Positions 29,388-37,747 of a stretch of DNA of 57,631 nucleotides are shown here, piece after piece. The notes beneath the pieces are model-generated. The model made no database searches and was not told the DNA's origin. It worked only from the letters and a program-made list of their open reading frames with translations. The DNA lies in NCBI GenBank assembly GCA_011322135.1, contig DRNP01000043.1, positions 1 to 57,631 of the forward strand, read 5' to 3'. Position numbers and translations under genes: made by a program. Position 1 is the stretch's first letter; every line of letters begins with the position of its first letter. The stretch is from Candidatus Kaiserbacteria bacterium (GTDB taxonomy: Bacteria > Patescibacteriota > Minisyncoccia > Phycocordibacterales > Phycocordibacteraceae).

Positions 29388-29816
29388 TTATACTCCGGTC
29401 GTACCGAAACCGCCTCTGCTTTTCGTGGCTAAAGTATCAACCTCATCCCATTCGACACGGTTAAAAGGCAGGACAAGTATCTGCACAATACGTTCACCTC
29501 GTAATACTTTTACCGGCTCATGTGTGAAATTATAAATTACAGCATTATACTCATCATCATCCCCTGAAAAATCTTCATCGCAAATACCAACACCGTTTGC
29601 CAGCATCAATCCTCGTTTATGCAGTGAACTTCTGGCAACAAGCAAAACAAAATGACCGCGTGGTGGTTTTATTGCGATATTTAGAGGAACCATTCCGCAA
29701 ACTCCCGGAGCAATCTCCGTATCGACTCGCGCAACACAATCCATTCCGGCGGCACCGGCAGTTTTATATTCCGGAAGTTCTAGTTTTTTATCTATTTTTC
29801 GTATCAGCACTTTCAT
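29388..29816 (-). CDS. dut: dUTP diphosphatase
   Basis: ORF 29388..29834; likely start MKVLIRK at 29816. AGAAGMDC, RSSL..RGLMLANGVGICDEDFSGD, GGFGTTG C-terminal motif. Confidence 0.85.
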   Translation of the reverse strand: MKVLIRKIDKKLELPEYKTAGAAGMDCVARVDTEIAPGVCGMVPLNIAIKPPRGHFVLLVARSSLHKRGLMLANGVGICDEDFSGDDDEYNAVIYNFTHEPVKVLRGERIVQILVLPFNRVEWDEVDTLATKSRGGFGTTGV

Positions 29817-29878
29817 ATAAACGTATTGTAGCACATCACGATTTTTGAAACGTCAAGACTAATTCGCGAGTCTATACT

Positions 29879-30802
29879 ATGTTAAACTGCGATTATTCAA
29901 TAATGAAGTCAATCACCTTAAAGAAGGTTCATTCATTCGGTGCGGTGGAGGACATGCTCCATAACATAATCTTTCGAGGTCTATACAATACTAATGGCAA
30001 AAACATATCCCCGTACAAAAACGCCCACATATCACTTACAAAAGTTTACCCGCAAACATCTCTTGGTACTTCTCCTAACATACACATCGGACGTAAACAA
30101 GAACCTCTTTTTACTCCCCAACCTACAATTTACGAAAACCAAAGCGCCATCATTGAAAAAGTCGACTCTTTCTTACTTGAGCACGATATAAAAATGAGTG
30201 ATTTACATAATGCTATTGAATATACCTGGGAAGGTCGAGGAACATTTCACATTCTTCCTCCTGTTATAGAAAAACACACGTACCAAATGAAAAACGGGTA
30301 TCTCGATATTTCTCAACTTTTAAAACGATTCAAAAATGCATATATAAAAGATGCTCTCGGAAATATGCACACGCTGTCCAGACGATACTTGCGTTCATTT
30401 TATATCGACGAAGTAAGCTCTATAGAACACCTTGATGTTTTTAATTCAAACGTACCAATACTCAACTACGGTCTCGGACATAACGGTGACTTCACTTTTT
30501 ATATAGTATGTGATGGCGCCCACCGTCTTGATTACGTTCTGGAAAAAATAAAAGAACCAATGACAGTGCTGTTGGTCGAGCCTAAAAAAGATGCCTCTCT
30601 GCTATATCCATACTACGCGCTACCTGTTCCCTTTCGTCCATCGATACGTCTTTCAAGCAAAAGATCTGAAAAGATGTACCGCAAACTTGAGCGGGATAAA
30701 ATACATTTGTTAAATGACTTTATAAAAAAGACACTTCACTACGACTGGGAAGCCGGCGGACTAAGCGTAAGTAAACTGAGAAGCAATGTCGACATTTATT
30801 GA
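29879..30802 (+). CDS. Hypothetical protein, ParB/Srx-fold-like (DGxHR motif)
   Basis: FYIVCDGAHRLDYVL (DGxHR, as in ParB/sulfiredoxin/SerK-type domains) and an upstream ISLTKVYPQTS strand-like element. First gene of the operon. Confidence 0.45.
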   Translation: MLNCDYSIMKSITLKKVHSFGAVEDMLHNIIFRGLYNTNGKNISPYKNAHISLTKVYPQTSLGTSPNIHIGRKQEPLFTPQPTIYENQSAIIEKVDSFLLEHDIKMSDLHNAIEYTWEGRGTFHILPPVIEKHTYQMKNGYLDISQLLKRFKNAYIKDALGNMHTLSRRYLRSFYIDEVSSIEHLDVFNSNVPILNYGLGHNGDFTFYIVCDGAHRLDYVLEKIKEPMTVLLVEPKKDASLLYPYYALPVPFRPSIRLSSKRSEKMYRKLERDKIHLLNDFIKKTLHYDWEAGGLSVSKLRSNVDIY

Positions 30803-31613
30803 TAAAAACAATTCTGCTCGTGCTACAACTCGCTCCGGTAATGTCTACACGGGAGTTCACATTGCAAGTACGACACATATTTTAGATATTTCGGCGGAGC
30901 TTTCCGCACTTGTAAATGCCGTGCACAATTCTGATTTGTATGTAACTGAAATGGAAACCGTACAAACCAAAAACACCGCGCCATCGCCACTTGTACTCAA
31001 GATTATTGCAGACCACGGCGCGCGCACGGGCGTACCTATTCATTACATACTGCGAGACGAATACGGAAAGATTCATTTCGAGACAAAAGATGCTAATCAC
31101 GAACTCGGTTCATATATTCAAACAAACTCCATATTAAAATCTTTTGGAAACAGATTTCCGTCTACAGCAAAAATACTCGCAAAAGATGTTGCTCAGGATA
31201 AGCTTGAATCAACATTAAAAAAATATGCCGTCGATGGGATATCACGAAACTTCCCAACATACGATGGAGCATCCGGGTACGGTTCCGCCGTCCGCACAAA
31301 AAACGGAGATATTTATTTTGGTGGTCAATATTCCGCATCAGACCAACGCTTGGGAGTTCATGCAGAAATGGCAGTGCTAACACAAGCAATCTCAGATGGA
31401 GCAACAGGATTTACACATATCGCTCTTGCATCAAGTAAATTTAAAGATGCACCCGCAAGCCCGTGCGGTTGTTGTCGACAATTTATTTCTGAAGCGTCGC
31501 ACGAAACAAACAGCAACCCAAACATTCTTCTATTTGCATCAAACTCAAACTCTTCGAGCGCTTACACTATCGATGAGCTACTTCCTGTACAATGGACTAA
31601 CAGAGCATCATAA
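30786..31613 (+). CDS. Tandem-domain cytidine/deoxycytidylate deaminase-fold protein (N-domain degenerate, C-domain catalytic)
   Basis: C-domain: VHAEMAVL (res 191-198) and SPCGCCRQFI (res 225-234). N-domain has the CDA scaffold but ISAELSAL and SPLVLKII in place of the zinc ligands. Start overlaps the upstream stop by 17 nt. Confidence 0.75.
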   Translation: MSTFIDKNNSARATTRSGNVYTGVHIASTTHILDISAELSALVNAVHNSDLYVTEMETVQTKNTAPSPLVLKIIADHGARTGVPIHYILRDEYGKIHFETKDANHELGSYIQTNSILKSFGNRFPSTAKILAKDVAQDKLESTLKKYAVDGISRNFPTYDGASGYGSAVRTKNGDIYFGGQYSASDQRLGVHAEMAVLTQAISDGATGFTHIALASSKFKDAPASPCGCCRQFISEASHETNSNPNILLFASNSNSSSAYTIDELLPVQWTNRAS

Positions 31614-31627
31614 TACATATTATAAAT

Positions 31628-34039
31628 ATGTCTGCAAAAACAAAACAACCGCATTTTCCAATAGTCGACTCGCTTCTTCTAACTCCAAAAAATGCTGATA
31701 AAGGATATATCGGCATCTGCACAAACACTTCCGCACCGGGTCAAGTTTATAACGACATTCGAGAAAGCTTGCGCGAAAGCGTTTCTGTTCTGGGTCCTTT
31801 GATTGTAAACAGAGACGGAACCGAGCGCATGATTCTAAATACACTTGTGCACCCTACAATGACATACCTGATTCTCTTTTCCGAAGAGTCGCTTACTTTT
31901 TCGCCAAGCACAAACCTCTTGCTCGCACTAAAAAACGGCTTCGATAAAAAACGCTCTAGCAACTATATTGCCGGAGGTAAAGCCATGTCTGCATACTACC
32001 CGAATATCTCACCGGCAATTCTGGATACTTTCAGAAAAAACATTACCGTCATTCCTTTGTTTATGTCTCAAAATAAAGACAGCTCTGATATTATCGAAAA
32101 ATATATAGAGTGGCTTGAGGATTCTTCTCGTCTTCCTAAGAATATTCTAGAGTTTTTAAAAGAAGCAAATACAAAAAAGAAAAAATATTTTGATCAACTT
32201 AATGAACTTGTGGCGATGCTCGATGAACTGCCCAAAAGTCCAAAAGCTACGATAGCTCTGGACCCTAAAGACTTTCAACAACTTCAACCTCCACGAGTCG
32301 ACATAAAGAAAAACGATACCCCCCTTCCGGCTCCTTTTCGAGCAAGTATCGAGGACGGTCACTTACGGCTCGATATACGAATAAATAATCATACTTATTT
32401 TATTCGTGGAGATGATGATTTTCGTATTGAATATACTCTGATGCGTTTTCTCGGCAAAGACAAATCCGCTCTTTCTCCAATTGAGCAATTTTTAATAGGA
32501 GCTGAACTAAATCGCATAAACGTCGAACTCTCTCTTTCGACGAGGACTCCTTCGTTTGTTCTTGAAAACAACATTTCCGGCACCGAGGAAATATTTCTGG
32601 AACCGACATTGTCGCTCATGCCGGACAAAGAATACTATTACAAGATAGGACTGTCTGATGACGAGCTTTCCGTTATGTGTATGGCATTTGACACATGCGC
32701 CGAAGTTTTTGATTTACGTTCAAAGGGCATCACCGGCATTTTTACATGGCTTTCTGAAAAAAACCGTTTCCAAAATTACGAAATGGATATATTGCATCGA
32801 ATGGATATCGGCGGACAAATCGGTCGTGCTCGCATTGCGCTTCGGCTGGGATATTCTTTTATACAAGACTTCCCCAACATATTCAAAATAAACACAAAGG
32901 AGCTTCCTCTCGTCATTGCAGAAAGTGATTCTTTTTTGGACACTCATCGAAACCTTTTAATGAAAGTGTACACAGAAGGGATTACAGAAGCTCACGGAGA
33001 CGAGCGTAAAGGACTTGCTCGCACAGCTATTGCTCTGGCGGTATATCGCGATACAAAAAATGCTTTTTCAAAAATGCCAGCCATCTACGCACAAGGAGAC
33101 CTATCTCCGGAAGCAATGCGCGAATCATACAAAAAACAATTACTTCGTTTTGATTATGACGGCGACTACAGCTATGGAGAACGCACACGAGCACACTTTG
33201 GTTTTGACCAACTTAAAAAAACTCAAGAACTCTTAAAAGACAACCCTTCACAAGCAACTATTGTTCAGCGTTTTGATCCGATAATTGATATGGGTATATC
33301 AAAAAATCCTGATACCGGTCAAATGGAATATACACACGACCCGTGTCTTACACACGACATATTTTTTATAGAGCATGGAAAATTACATTCATTTCACATT
33401 GCTCGTGCGCACAATTTACCAAATGCATATCCTGAAAATGTTTTTGGGCTGTACGACGCCTATGTTTCCACAATACGAGACACGCTAAAACTAAAGCATG
33501 GTGACATGTACATGCTTTCTTCTCGCGGAAATATTCTTTTGCTAACAGAAGAACAGCGCGTGCGAAAAATAATCGCAGAACCTTCGAAACCAATGAGTGG
33601 TGTAAATCGTGAAAGCGGACCGGCGCTCATCGGTAAAAACGTACTCCCCGCAAAGCACTCCGGCGTCTCATATCTAACGGCAAGTCTTACAGATGAGAAA
33701 CTTTTTAATCATTCGTTTATCGAACGAATACGCAATTTTGAAGGAGTTGATACGCTCGAGCGCGCTATAAAATACCTAAAAACAAAAGGTGCGTCTCACA
33801 ACAATCCTATTTTAACTACACACCAAGCAGGTATAACGAACCCGCAAGATGACCATCTCGCTTTCTTTCAAGCAAACGTCTTTGGTAAAAAAATACAAGT
33901 AACCGCCATATTCTCAAACCATAAACCAAACCCTCAAATTGATATACGTATTGTTAGTGCGCTGGCGGGACAATATGCATCCGAACTCTCGACACCTCTC
34001 GGAGAAACAACTATATTTTATATCAATGGAGAATCTTAA
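31628..34039 (+). CDS. 803-aa fusion: MtrA-like/DUF4346-like N-domain + unknown middle + divergent thymidylate-synthase/dCMP-hydroxymethylase-fold domain + C-terminal extension
   Basis: Res ~433-650 align by eye to ThyA: [92 protein letters not shown]. Cys573 codon is at 33344-33346. The N-terminal [33 protein letters not shown]...LLALKNGFD...[10 protein letters not shown] resembles MtrA-like domains. Confidence 0.65.
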   Translation: [803 protein letters not shown]

Positions 34040-34682
34040 TTTTCATGTAATCGGTTTTGATCTTGATCACACTCTTTATCCAAAGTCGAAAAAGATAGAT
34101 GAAAAGATACAGAGTTATCTTTACGGGAAAATTGCCGAAAATAAAAAAATAACATTATCAAAAGCACGGTCACTTTTTGATGAACGTTATAAAAACGGAT
34201 CCGGAACAAGCGGTGGGCAAACACTTCGAGATATTGGAATTGAAAATGGGTCGGAGATTATTCAAGAAGCTCTGGAAAATGCGGATATTTCATCCATGCT
34301 AACCCCCGACAAAAATGTAAACAGTCTTATTTCGCAAATTGTTTCAAAATATAAAAATGTAGATTTAATCACCGGTTCAAACATGCACCAAACTCACATA
34401 AAACTGAACGCCTTGGATATACCTCTAAAAACTTTTTCACACATTATTACCGCAGATGACGGATCAAAATCAAATGGTGATAATTTTAAAAAATGGCTGT
34501 CTCTGTATCCGAGTTACAACCCTAAACATTTTTTGTATATAGGAGACCGCGCGCGTCTTGATTGCGATGTTCCCTCCGCTCTTGGGATACACACTGCTCT
34601 GGTATATGTAAAAGAAGTCGATGAAAAATTACCGTGTACTCAATATCATTCGCTCGTCGACACGCTTCAAGATTTATTATGA
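34026..34682 (+). CDS. HAD-superfamily hydrolase, pyrimidine 5'-nucleotidase-like
   Basis: ORF 33939..34682. Likely start MENLNF at 34026, overlapping the upstream stop by 14 nt. Motif I GFDLDHTLYP, motif II LITGSN, motif IV YIGDRARLD. Confidence 0.75.
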   Translation: MENLNFHVIGFDLDHTLYPKSKKIDEKIQSYLYGKIAENKKITLSKARSLFDERYKNGSGTSGGQTLRDIGIENGSEIIQEALENADISSMLTPDKNVNSLISQIVSKYKNVDLITGSNMHQTHIKLNALDIPLKTFSHIITADDGSKSNGDNFKKWLSLYPSYNPKHFLYIGDRARLDCDVPSALGIHTALVYVKEVDEKLPCTQYHSLVDTLQDLL

Positions 34683-34685
34683 AAA

Positions 34686-34714
34686 ATCGGCTCATGTCTA
34701 AAGACATGAGCCGA
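34686..34714. terminator. Bidirectional terminator hairpin between convergent genes
   Basis: atcggctcatgtct / agacatgagccgat, a 14-nt inverted repeat, 4 nt after the HAD stop. Confidence 0.6.
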
Positions 34715-34734
34715 TGCATGTATAACGTGCATAC

Positions 34735-35316
34735 TTATTCCCATTTGTAAAAGACAATCTTCCCATCCGCTTCTTTTACGATAAGAGGAATAACGATGTT
34801 TTTAGGAACGGTCATTTTGTAAAATAACTTTTTATAAATGGTCGGGAGCCCGGGATAGCTCCCACTTTCTTTTTTTTCAGTTCGGATTTCAATACCATTG
34901 GTCGGCAACCCTACTAAAAAAGGAAGCTCTTCCCGAAGAAGTCTCTCCAAAGATTCGTTTGGGTTTTCACCCTGTTTCATCTTTTCTCCAACAGAGGCAT
35001 CGAGATGCCTCTCCCTTTCTCGACCGTCCTGCAGTATCTGTTTATATTCCCGCAGAACCTTCTCGTTCTGATAAACATAGAGGCAAATTACGCTTATGAT
35101 CCTGACGAGCTCTGCTTGATCTATCGCAAAAACACACTCCCCTGTTTTTGCCTCTTCGAGCAAGCACTCTACACTTTTGGCAGACCCAATTCCATATTCA
35201 TGAATTGGGATTTTGTAAAAGTTCATCAAGCGTAAAAGATCTTCTTTTGACCGCGGTATCTTTGTTTCCCATAACCTGGAATCCATATCACTCCTCCCTT
35301 TTTTGGAAAGTTGCAA
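34735..35316 (-). CDS. Hypothetical protein with degenerate Nudix-box-like segment
   Basis: VGEKMKQGENPNESLERLLREELPF compared with the Nudix box Gx5Ex7REUxEExGU: the GE, R and EE positions are kept, others are substituted. Monocistronic between two terminators. Confidence 0.4.
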   Translation of the reverse strand: MQLSKKGRSDMDSRLWETKIPRSKEDLLRLMNFYKIPIHEYGIGSAKSVECLLEEAKTGECVFAIDQAELVRIISVICLYVYQNEKVLREYKQILQDGRERERHLDASVGEKMKQGENPNESLERLLREELPFLVGLPTNGIEIRTEKKESGSYPGLPTIYKKLFYKMTVPKNIVIPLIVKEADGKIVFYKWE

Positions 35317-35374
35317 AACGATTTTTGCACACCCTTATACTTCTTTTATTATTATAACACAATTTGTATAATTT

Positions 35375-35411
35375 AAAAACTCGTGCATGCCGTAGACATG
35401 CACGAGTTTTT
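35375..35411. terminator. Bidirectional intrinsic terminator after rplK
   Basis: aaaaactcgtgcatg-ccgtaga-catgcacgagttttt. Confidence 0.65.
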
Positions 35412-35459
35412 AAGTTCTGCTAAAACAACGAAGTATTACTTTACGCCCGCACTGCACAC

Positions 35460-35879
35460 TTACTCAACACCAATGCCCATTGAGCGCGCAGTACCTTCAA
35501 TTATTTTATCTGCAGATTCAAGAGTCGACGCATTTAGATCCGGCATTTTCTGCTCTGAGACCTCGCGAACCTGTGCTTTACTTATTGTTCCTGCGCGAGA
35601 AACTCCGGGTTTTTGAGATGCTTTTTCCATTCCGAGTTTCTTGAGAATAAGTCTCGATGCCGGAGGAGTTTTTAAAATGAAGTCAAACGAGCGGTCATCG
35701 TATACCGACAACTCAACAGGGATGATATCTCCCATACGATCACGTGTCGCCTCGTTAAACTTATTTACAAAATCACCAATATTAATACCTGCCGGACCAA
35801 GTGCCGTACCAACAGGCGGAGCAGGTGTTGCCTTCCCTGCGGGAATCTGAAGTTTTATTTTTTTTACTACGTTTGCCAT
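35460..35879 (-). CDS. rplK: 50S ribosomal protein L11
   Basis: [28 protein letters not shown]. Confidence 0.95.
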   Translation of the reverse strand: MANVVKKIKLQIPAGKATPAPPVGTALGPAGINIGDFVNKFNEATRDRMGDIIPVELSVYDDRSFDFILKTPPASRLILKKLGMEKASQKPGVSRAGTISKAQVREVSEQKMPDLNASTLESADKIIEGTARSMGIGVE

Positions 35880-35898
35880 ATATATTCGGAACTCTACA

Positions 35899-36468
35899 CT
35901 AAAGTTTCTTTACTTGCAAAAAATCCAGTTCGACCGGTGTCTCACGACCGAACATTGCGACCATAACTTTTACCTTTCCTCTCTCTTCATCTACCTCACC
36001 AATCTTGCCTTCAAGCTCCTTAAATGGTCCGTCTACAATAGTAACCGGATCATCTTTTACAAGGTCAATCTTGTGTTTCGGAGCGTCTGCATTCATGCGC
36101 TTCATCAAAGAAGCAACTTCTGCCTCGTCCATCGGCACAGGAGTTGTTCCTGAACCGACAAAACCTGTAACACGTGGAGTGTTCCTAACCACAAACCACG
36201 AATCATCATCCACAACCATACGTACGAGAATATATCCCGGATAAATTTTCTCTTCTTCTACAACACGTTTTCCACCTTTTACTCGAATCTTTTTTTCAGT
36301 CGGAACAATAATATCGAATATTTTATTTTCCATTCCAAGTGACTCAACGCGTTGTTTTAGATTACGCTCCACCGCTTTTTCATATCCGGCATACGTATGA
36401 ATTGCGTACCATTGTATACCTTCAGATCCATTTGTGTCTAAGTGTGTTTGTTTGTTTACATTATCCAT
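35899..36468 (-). CDS. nusG: Transcription termination/antitermination factor NusG
   Basis: [21 protein letters not shown] domain; C-terminal KOW ([29 protein letters not shown]). Confidence 0.9.
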   Translation of the reverse strand: MDNVNKQTHLDTNGSEGIQWYAIHTYAGYEKAVERNLKQRVESLGMENKIFDIIVPTEKKIRVKGGKRVVEEEKIYPGYILVRMVVDDDSWFVVRNTPRVTGFVGSGTTPVPMDEAEVASLMKRMNADAPKHKIDLVKDDPVTIVDGPFKELEGKIGEVDEERGKVKVMVAMFGRETPVELDFLQVKKL

Positions 36469-36479
36469 ACTCGGAAAAA

Positions 36480-36665
36480 TTAAATGCCCACCAAATGACT
36501 AACACCGCTTGTAAAGATGTAATCAAAAAGACCAATCATAACACCTGTCACAATCGATATCGCGATAACAATGAGAGTATGCGCAATGGCTCTGTGCGTA
36601 GGTGGCCATGTTACGTGCGCAAACTCTGTACGAACATTCTTCAAATAAGTAATCAATGCGTGCAT
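36480..36665 (-). CDS. secE: Preprotein translocase subunit SecE
   Basis: 61 aa. YLKNVRTEFAHVTWPPTHRAI followed by a single TM. Position upstream of nusG. Confidence 0.8.
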   Translation of the reverse strand: MHALITYLKNVRTEFAHVTWPPTHRAIAHTLIVIAISIVTGVMIGLFDYIFTSGVSHLVGI

Positions 36666-36684
36666 AGGTCTAAAATTACCAATT

Positions 36685-36707
36685 AAAAAAGCCCTACGGG
36701 CTTTTTA
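36685..36707 (-). terminator. Terminator-like hairpin in the secE leader
   Basis: Minus strand: aaaaagccc-gta-gggctttttt, 20 nt upstream of the secE ATG. Confidence 0.45.
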
Positions 36708-36719
36708 TTCACGTTTCCT

Positions 36720-36748
36720 ATGATAGTACGCAGAGCGTTGCTTGTCAA
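36720..36748 (-). promoter_or_regulatory. Candidate sigma70 promoter of secE-nusG-rplK
   Basis: Minus strand: TTGACA (36743-36748), 17-nt spacer, TATCAT (36720-36725). Confidence 0.4.
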
Positions 36749-36780
36749 CGTACAGTATATCCGTATTTGATATTTTATTT

Positions 36781-36817
36781 AAGTGCGCGGGAGGAGCGTA
36801 GCTCCTCCCGCGCACTT
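36781..36817. terminator. GC-rich 17-bp hairpin downstream of the SIMPL gene (possible terminator; no U-tract on the minus strand)
   Basis: aagtgcgcgggaggagc-gta-gctcctcccgcgcactt. Confidence 0.4.
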
Positions 36818-36887
36818 AAAAAATGTAAACACTCAACCACTCACACCTTTAATGTGTCTTGACGCATGACACACGGTGCACAAAGCA

Positions 36888-37676
36888 CTAGCGTATTTCG
36901 TATGTTATTGAAACATTTACAGCATACTCGTTTTGTCCGGCAGGAATATTTATATTTGTAGATGTTCCCGTTTCTGCGCTTGATTTTACTCCGTACACAA
37001 TAGGATGATTTGCGTAGGTTGTTTCTTTATAGTTTACAATTCGCACAACGTGCACACCAAGTAATTTTGCAAGTTTTTCAGCTTGTGTTTTCGCTTTTCC
37101 GATTGCCTCTGCACGTGCTTCGTTTTTTATGCTTGTCGGGTCATCAACAACAAAATTTGGACCGGATAGATTGCTCACTCCGATATCACCGAGTGCTCCG
37201 ACAACAGAACCGACTATCGAAAGTTTGTGTATTTTCAGAGAAACAGTTTGAGATACTTTGTATCCATCCTTTTTTGTTGGATAACAGTATCCTTTTACAC
37301 AAGGTCTGTATATATAGTTCGGAGAGATTGAATAACTTGTTGTACGTACATCGTTATCTGTAATACCGTTTTTTTTCAGAACATCGAGTGCTTTGTTTTC
37401 AATTTTTGTCACATCGGTCTGCGCATCTGAAACTTTTGGTTCGACTTTTGTAATAGTGTAGCTGACTGTTGCAGTATCCGGTGCGGCATATGCTTTGCCA
37501 TTCCCTGTAACAACTATTGTGTTAGTTGCCGGAGCGGAATACGATACTGTTTTCCTTACAATCAGTACCGTTTCAGCGAGCAAGAAAAATGAAAGCATCG
37601 CCAGCGCGGTGATAAACGCAATACGTATAAACTTGCTCCTCTGTGTTATTTCTTTTGGAAGATTTTCAGTCATCAT
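36888..37676 (-). CDS. SIMPL/DUF541 domain protein (periplasmic immunogenic protein-like)
   Basis: N-terminal TM, VTGNGKAYAAPDTATVSYTI, and VVDDPTSIKNEARAEAIGKAKTQAEKLAKLLG typical of SIMPL. Confidence 0.75.
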   Translation of the reverse strand: MMTENLPKEITQRSKFIRIAFITALAMLSFFLLAETVLIVRKTVSYSAPATNTIVVTGNGKAYAAPDTATVSYTITKVEPKVSDAQTDVTKIENKALDVLKKNGITDNDVRTTSYSISPNYIYRPCVKGYCYPTKKDGYKVSQTVSLKIHKLSIVGSVVGALGDIGVSNLSGPNFVVDDPTSIKNEARAEAIGKAKTQAEKLAKLLGVHVVRIVNYKETTYANHPIVYGVKSSAETGTSTNINIPAGQNEYAVNVSITYEIR

Positions 37677-37747
37677 AAATAAAATACATTTAATTTAAAA
37701 TTATATTAACAGTGTATCAGATACACGCGCGTATTCCCCATCTACTT

